From the NCBI GenBank assembly GCA_043228905.1, contig JBHGNT010000013.1, forward strand, positions 4,154,001 to 4,218,000: a DNA stretch of 64,000 nucleotides, written 5' to 3'. Both the position numbers and the translations under genes were made by a program. This DNA is from Azolla caroliniana (taxonomy: Eukaryota > Plantae > Polypodiophyta). The notes under the pieces were generated by a model. It saw nothing but the letters and a program-made list of their open reading frames with translations. It had not been told where the DNA came from and ran no database searches. Positions 24,463 to 37,808 of the stretch are shown piece by piece. The number at the start of each line of letters is the position of its first letter. Positions within the stretch are counted from its first letter, which is position 1.

Positions 24463-26577
24463 GTTCCGGTTCTCACCGAGCACTCCATTCTCTATCCGGA
24501 GGGACAAAAATATAATTTCCACATAGTGTGCAACCTACACTACGACAACGATATGTCCTAATAAAGTTCCACTGGACACACCAAATACATCCTTACCATT
24601 AAATTGCCCGTTGCGTTGCACGAACCGCTCTACTGATGCCGAAATCTCCGACATCGTGCGTTGTTCTTGAAGCATCCGTTCGAACATCGCCATCATATTG
24701 TTAGCTTGTTGAGCCTCCATCTCCTTGCCACCCGTCTTCACGTCGGGTTCACCAACTGTGTCGTGCCTTTCGGCTCCGGATCGTTGCGTGAGTCGGGTGG
24801 GAACCACAGAGGTCTTGGACTAGGAGAAAGAAGTTCGTGAGATAGAGATTAATTATGAATAAATAGCGAAGAGAAAGATAATAAACTCGTGAATCACACG
24901 AGTATACTATATTAATTGGTACTTAGGGTCTTAAGAGAGAAGTAGATGTATAAATCGTGAATCCCACGAATAATTTTTGTATTGATTAATTCTTAATCCA
25001 AATAATCAACAACCCTTTATATATTTCTCTCCTCCTTATATAAGGAAGGAAGAGCTAAGCATGGCTTCATGCTTTTTTTTACAAAAAGTGTTCATGTCCA
25101 CTAAATGTGCATGTGATGCTTTTTTATTTCCTAAGTATAGGGCTCATGCACGCTAGTTGTGCATGAGTTATTTTTAGTGTCTCGTGTGTTTTTTCTTTTT
25201 CATATATTAAAAAAAATACACGATTTACCTTTTAATAAAGGTATGCATAAGTAAAGGTCTTATACGTATTAAATCTATATTTAAAACACTTAAGATAAGT
25301 TAATGTAATGGTAAGGTTGGGGTTTGTCAACGTGGAGGTGCAGAGTTCGAATCACGCCCTGCGCTGTAGTGAGTATTTCCTTCTTTTTACATTATGCCGT
25401 TTTCTTCCTTGCCGGTATGCCGTTTTCCTCCTTGCCGGTATGCCGTTTTCTTCCTTGCCGATATGCCGTTTTCCTCCTTGCCGGTATGCCGTTTTGTTCC
25501 GGTTCTCACCGAGCACTCCATTCTCTATCCGGAGGGACAAAAATATAATTTCCACATAGTGTGCAACCTACACTACGACAACGATATGTCCTAATAAAGT
25601 TCCACTGGACACACCAAATACATCCTTACCATTAAATTGCCCGTTGCGTTGCACGAACCGCTCTACTGATGCCGAAATCTCCGACATCGTGCGTTGTTCT
25701 TGAAGCATCCGTTCGAACATCGCCATCATATTGTTAGCTTGTTGAGCCTCCATCTCCTTGCCACCCGTCTTCACGTCGGGTTCACCAACTGTGTCGTGCC
25801 TTTCGGCTCCGGATCGTTGCGTGAGTCGGGTGGGAACCACAGAGGTCTTGGACTAGGAGAAAGAAGTTCGTGAGATAGAGATTAATTATGAATAAATAGC
25901 GAAGAGAAAGATAATAAACTCGTGAATCACACGAGTATACTATATTAATTGGTACTTAGGGTCTTAAGAGAGAAGTAGATGTATAAATCGTGAATCCCAC
26001 GAATAATTTTTGTATTGATTAATTCTTAATCCAAATAATCAACAACCCTTTATATATTTCTCTCCTCCTTATATAAGGAAGGAAGAGCTAAGCATGGCTT
26101 CATGCTTTTTTTTACAAAAAGTGTTCATGTCCACTAAATGTGCATGTGATGCTTTTTTATTTCCTAAGTATAGGGCTCATGCACGCTAGTTGTGCATGAG
26201 TTATTTTTAGTGTCTCGTGTGTTTTTTCTTTTTCATATATTAAAAAAAATACACGATTTACCTTTTAATAAAGGTATGCATAAATAAAGGTCTTATACGT
26301 ATTAAATCTATATTTAAAACACTTAAGATAAGTTAATGTAATGGTAAGGTTGGGGTTTGTCAACGTGGAGGTGCAGAGTTCGAATCACGCCCTGCGCAGT
26401 AGTGAGTATTTCTTTCTTTTTACATTATGCCGTTTTCCTCCTTGCCGGTATGCCGTTTTCTTCCTTGCCGGTATGCCGTTTTCCTCCTTGCCGGTATGCC
26501 GTTTTCTTCCGGTTCTCACCGAGCACTCCATTCTCTATCCGGAGGGACAAAAATATAATTTCCACATAGTGTGCAAC

Positions 26578-29500
26578 CTACACTACGACACTCACCCCCT
26601 CCAAACCCGCACATCCTCCGGTATGTGCCGAAGTTCTTGATTCTTCGTATCCGTCTTCATCCGAAGCTTCCTCCGATTCTCCCCTTATATCGACTATGAG
26701 TTGTAATCCACTTTCTTCGCTTCCCGCATCATTGTGGTCTTCGTCCGATTGCTCCTCGTTGTCGGCCTCGACTTGGATCACATAAGGTTTGTCGTCGGTC
26801 CGCTTCTTGAAAATCTTCACCCACTTCCCGGCTATAGGCACTCGTAGTATTGTTCCATCCAACTCGGACAGTCGGTACGTCCCGTTGTCGAAGACCTTCC
26901 GAACCTCGTACGGCCCGAACCACCTTTTCGCGAATTTCCGCATCGTTGTATGTTGATGGTCCAAGCTACTATCATAGACGATCACCCAATCTCCTTCTTC
27001 AATCCTCCTCGGTCGTAGTCGGTGCTTTGTGTCGAACCGGCTTTTGTTCCGGAACCGTGCTTCTTGTTGTCGGCGTGACGCTTCCGCTACATCTTTCGGT
27101 CTTCCCTCCAGTTGTCGTATCCGGACCGCTAGTAGTTCTTCCCGGCTCATCTCTTCCTTCCACGGTAGTATTGTCCATGTCGCGATTGCGGTTTCCGTTG
27201 GCATTACCGGTGCTTGTCCGGTCATGAGTTCTGCCGGCATGTAACCGGTCACGGAGCTATGCGTCGTCCGATCCGCCCATAGTGCATACGGAAGCATTTG
27301 TGGCCAATCCTTCACCCTTCCGTCGCATGCCTTCGCAAGTGCTTTCACGATCGGACTATGTCCTCGTTCGATCTTCCCGTTGGCCTCCGGATTGTAGGCC
27401 GTTGTCAACGTTAACCGAACTCCATGTTTGGCGAAGAATCCCCTAGCTTTGTCCGAGTCGAGTTCTCCCCGGTCCGCAATCACTTGTCCTACGCAGCCGT
27501 ACCTACAAAACACTTCTTCCAAAAGAAATTGGCACACCGCGGCACACGTTTTCCTCCGAAGCGCTCGACCTTCAACTTGGTTTGTGAGATCTTCTCGAGC
27601 TAACACCAAGTATTTCTTTTGTCCAATCCCGGTCGGCATAGCTACAATGTCGACCATCCACTTGAAGTTGATTGTCGGTGAGAATGTCGGATGCAGCTCA
27701 TCTCGGTGTCGGACCCCGGAGTAGACTTGACATTTCTTGCAGCTTTTTGTGAACTCCGCGACATCTTTATACATGTTCTTCCACCAATATCTTTGCTTGA
27801 TTTTCACAAAAGTTGCCCATGTTCCTCGATGTCCAGCCCAATCGGATTCGTGGAACTCGGACATTATCCGGTTTCGTTGCTCTTTCGTCCCGACTACTCG
27901 AAGTGGTATCCCATCCGGTCTTTTCAGCGTCCTCCATATTAAACCGTTTTCCAAGAAGAACTTTTGGACTTGCCTCTTCGTCCTTCGGATCTCGGCTCTC
28001 CTTTCTTTATCATTGGTTGAATCCTCGACCTCTTGTAGCATCTTCCCGATCATCAAGGTTTCCCCCTCGTATTCTTCTTCCCGGAATTCTCGGATCACGT
28101 TCACTCGGCATATGTGTTCTGACGTGAAGTAGTCTTCGGAAACTTCTTCATTATCTGATTCGGTTATGTCGTCTTCAAACCGCGCCCTCGATAACATGTC
28201 CGCTACCGCGTTGTCCTTCCCCGAGATGTGTCGAACCTCCGGATTAAGTGACTTGACATATGCAATCCACCTTAGCATAGCCACATCCGGTATCGTACAA
28301 CACCGCATCATCCCGAGTATCGGAAGACAATCCGTCTCGATCAACACTTCAGCTCCGATCAAATAATCCCGATCCGATTTTGTCGCCGACACGACTCCCC
28401 ACAATTCTCTTTTGACTTGTGCATATCCGCGTTGCCTTTCGTTGAGGACCTTTGCTCCAAATCGGATCGGATACCGCGAACCATCCGAGTCGGCTTGATT
28501 GATGACCCACCCGATACCGGTTGGACTTGTATCAACCGTTACTATGATTGGCCACTCGTAGCTTGGCTTCTTAAGTGATTCCGCCCTCCATAGTGTCTTC
28601 TTGAGCTTCCTCATGGCTTTAGTGTGTTCCGGTTTCCACTCGAATTTCTTACCTTTCCGCAACAAGTGATAGAGCGGGTCCGCTATATGTGCATAGTGCG
28701 GAATCCTTATGTGATAGAATGCACACGCACCCAGAAACCTTCAGACTTCCGATGTTGACTCACATACTTCCTTCATAGCTTGAATCGCATCGATCTTTGT
28801 TGGTGACGGTCTTCGGCCGTAGGGTCCACATAGATGTCCGACCACCAATATTTCTTCTTGCCCGAATGCCGATTTCTCCCCGGAAAGTGTTAGGTGCACA
28901 TCTTCTAGCTTTCGCAACACTTTCTCGCAATCATGAATATGGTCGACCATGAACTTTCGGCATCCCCGATCATCCATAGTCTCATCTTTTTCTTCCACCG
29001 CGCATCCTTTCATCGGAATGTCATCTAGAAACGGCATCGTTATCTCCGGGATGCAATCTCGAAGCACCTTGTTCATCGCGTTCATCATATGTGCAACCGA
29101 GTTTGTCGCTCCTTGTGGTAGTGTGCACATTCGAACTAGTCCTATCGGTGTCCGCATGGTAGTGATGTCTCGGCTCTCCACGGCTAGTTGGAATTGGTCA
29201 TACCCCGAGTATAGGTCCCCGATGGAGTATATCGCACGTCCGGCAAAAGCTTCCGCGAATTCGTCCACTATCGGACCGACTCCCGAGTTCCGGATCGTGA
29301 CCTTGTTCACCGGTTGCAAGTCTTGGATGAATCGGAGTGACCCATTCTTCTTCGGAACCGTAAACCATCGATTTGAGTACGGAGCACTTGATGGCTCTAG
29401 AATCCCCATCGCCACCTTCTCCTTGAGCAAGTCGATGACTTTCGGAATATGCGCCCGTGGCACCGGAATCGGCTTCAGGTTCCACGGTACATGATCAATC

Positions 29501-30183
29501 GTGAAAATCTCCATCGGCTCCACTATCTTTGGATCAATGCATCCGATCTCCCTCGATGTGAACGCGAATGCTTTGCCATGTTGCTCCAACATCTCTCGAA
29601 ACCGTTTTTCTTCTTCTTGTAAGAGGAACCCACCTCCACCGATCCGAAGTTTCTTCCGGGTCTCATCTGTGAAGGCATGTCCGATATCCACGGACTTCCG
29701 AAGTGTCGGATCTCCCGAGACTTCTTTCTTCTTTTGTTCGCTATCGGCGGGTAGTGGTCCCGCGGCCGGTTTCACCTTCTTCTCCACGGTCTTGTATTTC
29801 GTACTTACCATTGCTTCTTCTTTGCGGAGCGCATCCGGCCCCATTTTCGCAACGATCTCGTACATCTCGACCGATTCCACCGGGACTACCCGGTTCCCTT
29901 GGCTTTTATCTTCCGCAAGCTCTTCAAGCCGTTGTAGTGTATTCCCATAGAACACTTCCTCGATCACTCCCACGATTTCTTCGTCTTCTTTTATTATTGA
30001 TGCCGACCGTAACTTATCCTCCACTTGTCGGTATTGTTTCTTCATTCCTCCGGTTACGGCCGTGTACGTAGATGCCCCATCCGGGCCGATTCGTACTTGT
30101 TTTGCTCCGAGAGTTTTCTTCCTGTGTGGGGTATCAGGGCTTCTCGGACTATCACTTCCCCACTCCGCAACAGTCCGCTTTAA
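26578..30183 (-). pseudogene. pol: C pol: RT-RH-INT, one in-frame TGA at 28741
   Basis: GDLYSGYDQ, LPQG, FLDD, VDTSPTGIG, GHRG..CKKC, ADRGE, WFGPY. The frame is open back to the slippery site. Confidence 0.95.
26591..26602 (-). promoter_or_regulatory. C polypurine tract
   Basis: GGAGGGGGTGAG abutting the true 3' LTR. Confidence 0.85.
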
Positions 30184-30189
30184 AAATCC
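30128..30189 (-). promoter_or_regulatory. Putative -1 ribosomal frameshift signal with pseudoknot
   Basis: G GAT TTT, 5-nt spacer, stem CGGACTGTTGC/GTGATAGTCCG, loop GTGGGG complementary to downstream CCCCAC. pol is in the -1 frame. Confidence 0.75.
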
Positions 30190-32219
30190 ATTCTCACTTG
30201 GGACAAGAGTTCCCTCTTGTTCCTTTCGTGATTTGCCGGCACCGTTAGGAATTGGACGGATTTCCCTCCGTTTTGGCTCCGAATTCGCGCAAAAGCCGCA
30301 CCACTATCGAGCACCTTCGTCTCCATCCGTGAAGCCGTGATAAAGGGTTGGCCGAGGATGACAGAATGTGAAACCTCATCCTGCACAAAGAAATTTTGGT
30401 CAATTTCGACATCCCCGATCTTTACCGTCACATCCGGACAAGCCGCAAATAGGTCTTCTGTCGTTTTCGTGGCTGCCCGAATCTTCCATCCATGGTTGGT
30501 GTTTATAGGCCACTTCCCCTTTCGGTAGAACTCCTTGGACATCAAGTTGATCTCCGATCCGTGATCAATCAATGCTAGCACGGGTTCTTTGATGTTGCCG
30601 ATTCGGACCGGAGTCTCCGTAGTCGCACGTGCCCAGTGTGGCCTTGTATAGTGGGAGTTCGGAATTTCGCCTTCCACTTCGGTGTCGTTCATTGAAACGG
30701 TATTTGCATTCACCTTTGGAGCATTTTCCTCCGTACTTTGTCTCTTCCTTTTCACGAGATCCACGAGAAGATCGTGAAACTCCTTCTTCGCTATTCCGAG
30801 TAGTTCCCGCAGCGAAAAATCTACCCGGCTATCCAAGATTCTTTCCTCGAACACTCTTTTCAAGTCGGTTTGTTGTTCTATGTCCGAGGCGAGCTTGAAT
30901 GCCGGAGTCGCCTTTTCTTTTCCCTTACCTCCGGAGTTCCAGCTTTCCGATATCTTCGATGGTCCGGCCGCATCCTCCGTGCGCCGTCGTTTCTCGTCCA
31001 CATACACCTCATGTAATTGACACAGGGCGTATATGCTATTCTTGTCGACAGGGCACTCCCATCCCGTAGCTTCCCGGACGCCTTCCGCGGTGTTTCGGAT
31101 ATCGTTGGAGTCGGTTTTCTCGGTGTTTCCTAGCACCTCCGGCCAGAAAGACGCCTTCGCTCCCGTTGACTCCCCGACACATATTCCCGCGGTTGTCGCA
31201 TAGTTGCTTCTTGCCGCTAACTCCTCCTCGAGCACCTTCTTCATGCCGCCTTTCCGGAAGTTCGGTCGGAGTGGCTTCCGAGAGTCCATCGAATGAATCC
31301 GGTTTCCCTCGTAGTAGATGAGATCCCGTCGTAGCGCCTCCTTATGGTCGTCGCAATCCCTCCGATCGTGTTCGGCGCTATCGCACCATATGCACCGTCG
31401 ATCCGTATATTTGGAGCTTGTGGGGCGGTCATCCGACTTCTTCACCATCGCGATCTTTAGATTCTCCATCTCCTTCAGCAGCTGCTCCACCGTAGACGCG
31501 TCGACTCCCTTCTCGGCCGTAATCTCCCGAGCCCTCGGTTGATGGTCTTCCAGTCCCGTTCTCGGTTTCGGAATCGGTTCCGAAACCCTCTTTTCTTCGT
31601 TGGCAAGCCATTGCCCCCTCTTCGTGTACCGCGCGACGATATCCCGCACGCTTTCCCATGTTTCGGTGAGGCCGCTTTCGGTGGTCGTGTCCTCAAGAAG
31701 CACTCCGAGATCTTTCCGGTCCCGGACGTCCACAGCTCACAAAAACATGATGACTTTGTCCGGTGCAAGAATAGTTTGATCTCTCGCGGACAACCTCCCG
31801 AACCGACTTTCGAATGTCGAAAACACTTCGAGGACCTTCAGCCCCTTACCTGACGTTTCCACCCAATCCTCGAATCCCCTCCACGTTGCCTTGGAGGAGT
31901 CCTCGATGGCAAACGTGGTCTTTAACGCCTCTTCGAATGCTTCCCACGTCGGATTTTGTTGTTGCAACCCGTGGATACTCCCTTGAAGCCCGTCGGTCGC
32001 CACCCGGTTAAAGGATGTCACTTGCAGTCCTTCCGAAGCCCGGCACCGGAGCATCTCCGCCTTGTAGTCCTGCAAATATCGCGACACATCCTTACCATTA
32101 AATTGCCCGTTGCGTTGCACGAACCGCTCTACTGATGCCGAAATCTCCGACATCGTGCGTTGTTCTTGAAGCATCCGTTCGAACATCGCCATCATATTGT
32201 TAGCTTGTTGAGCCTCCAT
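30180..32219 (-). pseudogene. gag: C gag-protease, one in-frame TGA at 31737
   Basis: FNGKDVSRYL, CIWCDSAEH knuckle, ALIDHGSEINLMS. Confidence 0.93.
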
Positions 32220-32235
32220 CTCCTTGCCACCCGTC

Positions 32236-32253
32236 TTCACGTCGGGTTCACCA
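32236..32253 (-). promoter_or_regulatory. C PBS, tRNA-Trp
   Basis: TGGTGAACCCGACGTGAA 4 nt after the 5' LTR. Confidence 0.88.
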
Positions 32254-32257
32254 ACTG

Positions 32258-33079
32258 TGTCGTGCCTTTCGGCTCCGGATCGTTGCGTGAGTCGGGTGGG
32301 AACCACAGAGGTCTTGGACTAGGAGAAAGAAGTTCGTGAGATAGAGATTAATTATGAATAAATAGCGAAGAGAAAGACAATAAACTCGTGAATCACACGA
32401 GTATACTATATTAATTGGTACTTAGGGTCTTAAGAGAGAAGTAGATGTATAAATCGTGAATCCCACGAATAATTTTTGTATTGATTAATTCTTAATCCAA
32501 ATAATCAACAACCCTTTATATATTTCTCTCCTCCTTATATAAGGAAGGAAGAGCTAAGCATGGCTTCATGCTTTTTTTTACAAAAAGTGTTCATGTCCAC
32601 TAAATGTGCATGTGATGCTTTTTTATTTCCTAAGTATAGGGCTCATGCACGCTAGTTGTGCATGAGTTATTTTTAGTGTCTCGTGTGTTTTTTCTTTTTC
32701 ATATATTAAAAAAAATACACGATTTACCTTTTAATAAAGGTATGCATAAATAAAGGTCTTATACGTATTAAATCTATATTTAAAACACTTAAGATAAGTT
32801 AATGTAATGGTAAGGTTGGGGTTTGTCAACGTGGAGGTGCAGAGTTCGAATCACGCCCTGCGCAGTAGTGAGTATTTCTTTCTTTTTACATTATGCCGTT
32901 TTCTTCCTTGCCGGTATGCCGTTTTCCTCCTTGCCGGTATGCCGTTTTCTTCCTTGCCGATATGCCGTTTTCCTCCTTGCCGGTATGCCGTTTTGTTCCG
33001 GTTCTCACCGAGCACTCCATTCTCTATCCGGAGGGACAAAAATATAATTTCCACATAGTGTGCAACCTACACTACGACA
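32258..33079 (-). repeat. C 5' LTR (822 bp)
   Basis: Adjacent to the PBS; near-identical to the three array copies. Confidence 0.96.
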
Positions 33080-36000
33080 ACGATATGTCCTAATAAAGTT
33101 CCACTGGACACACCAAATACACACTTTGCCGGATTCAAGCTTAGCCGGTACGCTCTACAGTTTTCTAGACAAAGACGGAGGTGCTGAAAATGGTCCTCCT
33201 CCCGGCTATAGACGGCGAAATCATCAAGGAAAACCTGCATAAAAGCCGGTATATATTCACCAAAGATCTCCATGATGATTCGTTGAAACGTTTTCGGTGC
33301 CGTTTTGAGTCCGAACATCATCACCACGGCCACAAACACCCCCCATTCGGTGACGAATGTTGTTTTCTCCTGGTCGTCGGGGTGCATCCGGATCTGATTA
33401 TACCCGCTGAATCCGTCTAGGAAGCTATAGACCTCGTGGCCGGCGACGGCATCCAACACTCGATCTGTGAACGGAAGTGGAAACGCATCCGTTACCGTAG
33501 CCGCATTGAGTTTCCGATAGTCCACGCAAACTCGAATTTTTCCGTTCTTCTTCGGTACGACTACGATCGGGCTCAGCCATGTCGCTTTCTTTACCGGACG
33601 GATAAAGCCCACTCTTATCAGTTTGTCGATTTCTTCCTTGACCTTGGCAGCATAATTGGGATTCATCCGGTACCGTCTTTGTGCCACTAGTTTTGCGTCC
33701 TTGCTCAAGTGTACTTGATGCTGGTATAACTGAGGGTCGAGTCCTCGCATATCTTCGTATGACCAGGCGAACACATCCCGGAATTCCGTGAGAAGTGTTA
33801 TCATCGCCGTTTTGTCTTTGGACTTCATCTCCTTGGCGATGTGCACCGGTTTTGCTTCGTCTGTGGTGCCTAAATTCACCTCTTCTAGTTGCGATGCTTT
33901 TACGCGTTGTGAAACGGCCATTTCCCGTTCCAACGCTTCCTCCGCTTGCCGTAACTCCCGGATTGCGTCTTTATCCGGTTCTGCTTCCGCCTCTTCCGGT
34001 TGCGATAAGTACGGTGCTACGGCTTCGGCAATGTCAATTTCGAAGAAGGGTATGATCTTCGGGTTTTCCAGTAGGTATTGAGCTTCTTCTTCGTCCGCTA
34101 ACCCTTCAAGCATGTTGACGCATTCCGCATACAACGGTGTACATTCCTTGCCAGTGCTCATCCTTCGCTGTGTTGGTACCCGTACCTTGGCTTTTCCTCG
34201 CCGGAAGGTAATTATATTTTTTCGCCAATTCTGTTTGATATGTGCCGTTTTCAACCATGGCCGCCCTAGCAATAGCGGGTATGCGCCTTGTGCCTGTAAT
34301 TGTAGCACTACGGCCGAGATGTGAAATTTATGCCCGCCGACGGTGACTTCTAATTTCCGTATTAGTCCTGTCGGCCGCACTGAGCTTGTATCGGCCATCC
34401 GTAACCAGAACGGACACGGCTCCCACTCGTGGATTCCTAGGTCCTCACACGTCCAGAGGCTTATTACATTTACCCCAGAGCCTCCGTCTATAACTGTGCC
34501 GGGGAGTTCTTTCCCTTTTACAATGGCAGCGATTACAGGACTGCTGGTGTCTACCACTGTTGGTCCCTCCTCCGAATTCGAGAAGAGTACCGGTGCCGGT
34601 GATGGTTCTCCTGCCGTCATGGCCGTCTTCAGTCCTTCCGTGAATCTAGGCACGAGTTGTAGGAGTCTTCCTAGTGGTAACGTGATCTGGCATTCTTGCA
34701 ACGCCTGCCATGTCTCATTCTCGGAGTGACTACCGCCGGCAAGCCCTGCGGTGTTCTCCTTTTGCTGCTGTAAGTGTGTGACATTCTGCTCGTTTGCTTT
34801 CTTTACCCATTCCGTTGCTTGTTTGCGGATGGTCTCCTGTGTCTCCCATTCTTTGGCCATGCCCTTCGATCTTGTGGTCACCTGCTGCAGGTCTGCCACC
34901 TCAAGGACTACCATATTTACCGTCGGTCGTTTTTCATAGCTCTTCACCGGGCATTGGTTACTATAATGGCCTTCCTGTCTGCAGTAGTAGCAGTAGGCTT
35001 TCCGAGCATTGCTAGATTCGGCATTGTCTGTTGTACCCGGGGCAGGTCCTACGGTACGCACGGGGTTTTGTACCGGTTGGCTACTTGGAGCGCCTTGTTC
35101 CGGATCCCGGGGGTAGCCGCCTTTTTTAAAATGCCGTTTTTTGTTAAATCTCTTCTTATTATGGTACTCTTGACGGGGTTTCCCGTTATATCTGCCGTAT
35201 TCCTCCCGTTGCTGACGATACCCGGGGGAGTGCTCCCGGTCGTACTGTTCGTATCGTTTATTGTAATCCTGGTACCGATCATGCCGATCATAGTTCTCTC
35301 GCCGATCACTGTACCGGACATCATTTTCCCGTCGCTCACCGTACCGGACATCATTTTCCCGTCGCTCGCCGTACCGGACATCATTTTCCCGTCGCTCGCC
35401 ATACCGGACATCCTGTGCCGGTCGGTCATGGTCCATTCGCCGCCAGCGTTCATCTTATTCATCCCGGCTGCTGCGTGGCTCAATTTGTCAGACGGGCGGT
35501 GCTTGCCGAGTCAACAGATTATACTCGCACCTATCCGTCGTATGGCTCTTGGACTGACAAATTACACATTGCGTCCTCATAGTGCATTCTAGAGCTGAGT
35601 GTCCGGAATTCAAGCAGGTTGTGCACTGTATTGCTTGCCGAAACCGGAGGTCTTCATCGGACGGTAACGCCCGTTGAAGTGCGCCCAATGTGAGCCAGGA
35701 GCTTGTCTTTTCCATCTCTTTCACCCGGTCAATGACCTGGTCGATGGTACTTGTGCGGAAATCGATTACCGTGCAAACCGTGCGTAGGGGTTCCCGGAGC
35801 GCGTTTAGGAATATCGTCCGTAATTCCTCCTCCGGGGGTGCACGGGTAAGCTGACTATGCATCCGTTGAAACCGGATGACAAATTGGGGAATACTCTCCC
35901 CTTCCTCTTGCCGGATGGTATAAAATAAGCCTACCATTACGGTCTGGTCCACCTCCTTTTGAAAAAAATGCATGAATTTAGCTTTTAAATCTGCAAAGGT

Positions 36001-36795
36001 GTTGATGGTAGACGGGTCCTGCGTCCGGCGCCATCTTGCTGCCGGTCCCTCCAATGTGACGCCAAACTCTGCTATCTTAGAGCGTTCTTCTTCCTCCGGT
36101 GTCAGTCGCTGGGACACATGATTGGCTTCCCATGTCTGTTCAAAGGCGTGCACATGAACTTCCGCGTCCGGATCATCTCTATACTTGGAGTACTGGAACG
36201 GCATGTCGTCGTCCGGTATCGGTGCGCGGGCTGGTAGTGTTGGTGCTCGTTCCGGAATTTTCTCCGGGGTCGGTGGTCTTTCCCGATTTGATTCCGGTGT
36301 CGGTTGTTTCTCTTCCTTTGGTGACGGAGGCCTCTCCTCTTCAACTTCCGGTGTCGGAGGTCGTTCTTCCTCTGCTGGTTCCGGGGGTTCCAGCATTAGC
36401 ACTTCCGGTTCCGGTTCCGGTGTCGGTAAGGTATCCGATCCTTCGTCCTCCGGTTCGCCCGGGGTTTTGTTACTGCTACGGTAGTTCGTGTGCACGCTGT
36501 ATTCCCCGTCGGAGTCCGATTCATATGCTGAAAAGGCCTCTGCTTCGCCTTCCCCGTTTGCCAACGCGTGGAGAAGGGATTCGGTTTCCCGGAGGCTGCT
36601 TAGGCTGCTGCCGTCGTCCGGGTGCGATGTTTGCTGTAACCAGTGGGAGTCCTCCGCTACTCTCCGGATTACGTTGGAAAACGAGCGATCCGCTCTAATT
36701 TCTTGCGCCGCTTGCTGGAAAGCCTCGCGTCTCCTTTGCCTTTCGGCAAGGCGTCGAGTTCGATCTGTAACCAGGTCGTGCGTTGATCTAGACAT
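33080..36795 (-). pseudogene. D gag-PR-RT
   Basis: CCHC knuckles, IDGGSGVNVIS, LLGRPWL, CVDYRKLN, FLDD. Interrupted near 35488. Likely start MSRSTHD. Confidence 0.93.
35290..35412 (-). repeat. 30-bp in-frame tandem repeat in D gag (ENDVRYGERR, about 4 copies)
   Basis: Visible in both DNA and translation. Confidence 0.9.
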
Positions 36796-36831
36796 CCATC
36801 CGTGCCGTCGTTCGCTGCAAAAACAGGAATC

Positions 36832-36841
36832 GTGGTCGCCA
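36832..36841 (-). promoter_or_regulatory. D PBS, tRNA-Arg(UCG)-like, 10 nt
   Basis: TGGCGACCAC 7 nt after the 5' LTR. Confidence 0.6.
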
Positions 36842-36848
36842 AAAACTA

Positions 36849-37281
36849 TGTTAGCTCTTCGGGCCGGACAATGGCCTAACACAGGGTGTCTACGGGAGAC
36901 ACTTCACCAAAGGTGTTACGGCAACCGGATTAGACTTCAACGCTTAATCCGACTTAGTTAAGTTACTTATTAGGATCGTATTTCATAACACATGTAAGAT
37001 ATAACAATTAAGACAGAACGGCAATTGACACAGAGATATAACAACGCTTAAGCTTTCATTAATTAACCGCTAACTATTACATTGTATCCGGGCCTTTAAA
37101 TAGGTCTCCAGTCTGTATTACAAAACGGTGCCATTTGCACCTGTTCGGGATCAGTCCAGATCCGGAACGGCATACCGATTCCGGTCCGTCCATCCACACT
37201 CATAGCTTAATTACAACCACATTCCTACTACTTAATTAGCTCTCCGTTTCCAACTCTGGACTCCTTTGCCGGCCGGTAACA
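36849..37281 (-). repeat. D 5' LTR
   Basis: Repeat of 18019-18452. TATTTAAA and a T-rich U5-like segment lie on the - strand. Confidence 0.96.
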
Positions 37282-37808
37282 CTCCTCACTGGACAATGAG
37301 TTTGGTGCACCCATAATGCGAACACCCAGAGAAAAGAAGACGCTCACATCGGCAAGCGAAAAAATTCGACATTCTTGTAGAGAGAAGAATCACATCGCTC
37401 AGCTTGGCTACAACGAGTATGTTAAGAGACAAGCTCAACATCGGCCGGATTGGCTGAGCGAGCCAAGGACTGGATCAGTTGGGACCGATCGGTTAGGCCG
37501 AACCGGTGCGTAAAACAGGTGCGTAAACCGGTACGCAGACTGGTGCGTAGGAAGGCCGTATCGGTGCGTAAACCGAAAGGCCGTTATAAATTTTTGAATT
37601 AAGTTCTAGTGTTTTACTCTCTCTCTGTGTCTCTCCCGTGCGTACTGTGCAAACCTAAGCTTTCCATGAAACCTACGTTTTCTGTTGTTCGGTTTCCTGT
37701 ATTGCTTCCGCACGCAATTCTTTTCATGGTATCAGAGCGCAAGGGTTGACAACCTCTACAACCGACTTTGCCTGAAGGAAAAACCAACCAAGAAGAACAA
37801 GAAAACTG

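Larger units (their letters stand above)
23726..26590 (-). repeat. Tandem LTR array with a 1033-bp period (LTRs 23726-24547, 24759-25580, 25792-26590)
   Basis: Each 211-bp spacer is about 42 bp of D flank fused to the C PBS and gag start. Confidence 0.95.
23726..33079 (-). mobile_element. Element C: nearly intact, young Ty3/Gypsy (tRNA-Trp primed) with four LTR copies, inserted in D's RT
   Basis: LTRs TGTCGT...ACGACA. 4-bp TSD ACGA at 23722-23725 and 33080-33083; removing C restores GHIVSQEGIAVD in D. Confidence 0.95.
18019..37281 (-). mobile_element. Element D: full-length Ty3/Gypsy non-chromovirus with a 3' extra ORF, split by C
   Basis: LTRs 18019-18452 and 36849-37281. TSD CTCCT at 18014-18018 and 37282-37286. 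gag-PR-RT-RH-INT-extra ORF on the - strand. Confidence 0.96.

Noticed and set aside
24535-24807. 90-aa ORF (repeated at 25568-25840) as a novel gene
   Set aside because: It is a chimera of LTR, C gag start and D RT created by the tandem junction.
23726-26590. Tandem LTRs as a pure assembly artefact
   Set aside because: The copies carry distinct SNPs and a defined microhomology junction. Not fully excluded without reads.
34774-35592. Long antisense ORFs (also 15135-15887 and 40971-41762)
   Set aside because: Shadow frames of gag/pol with no recognisable domains.
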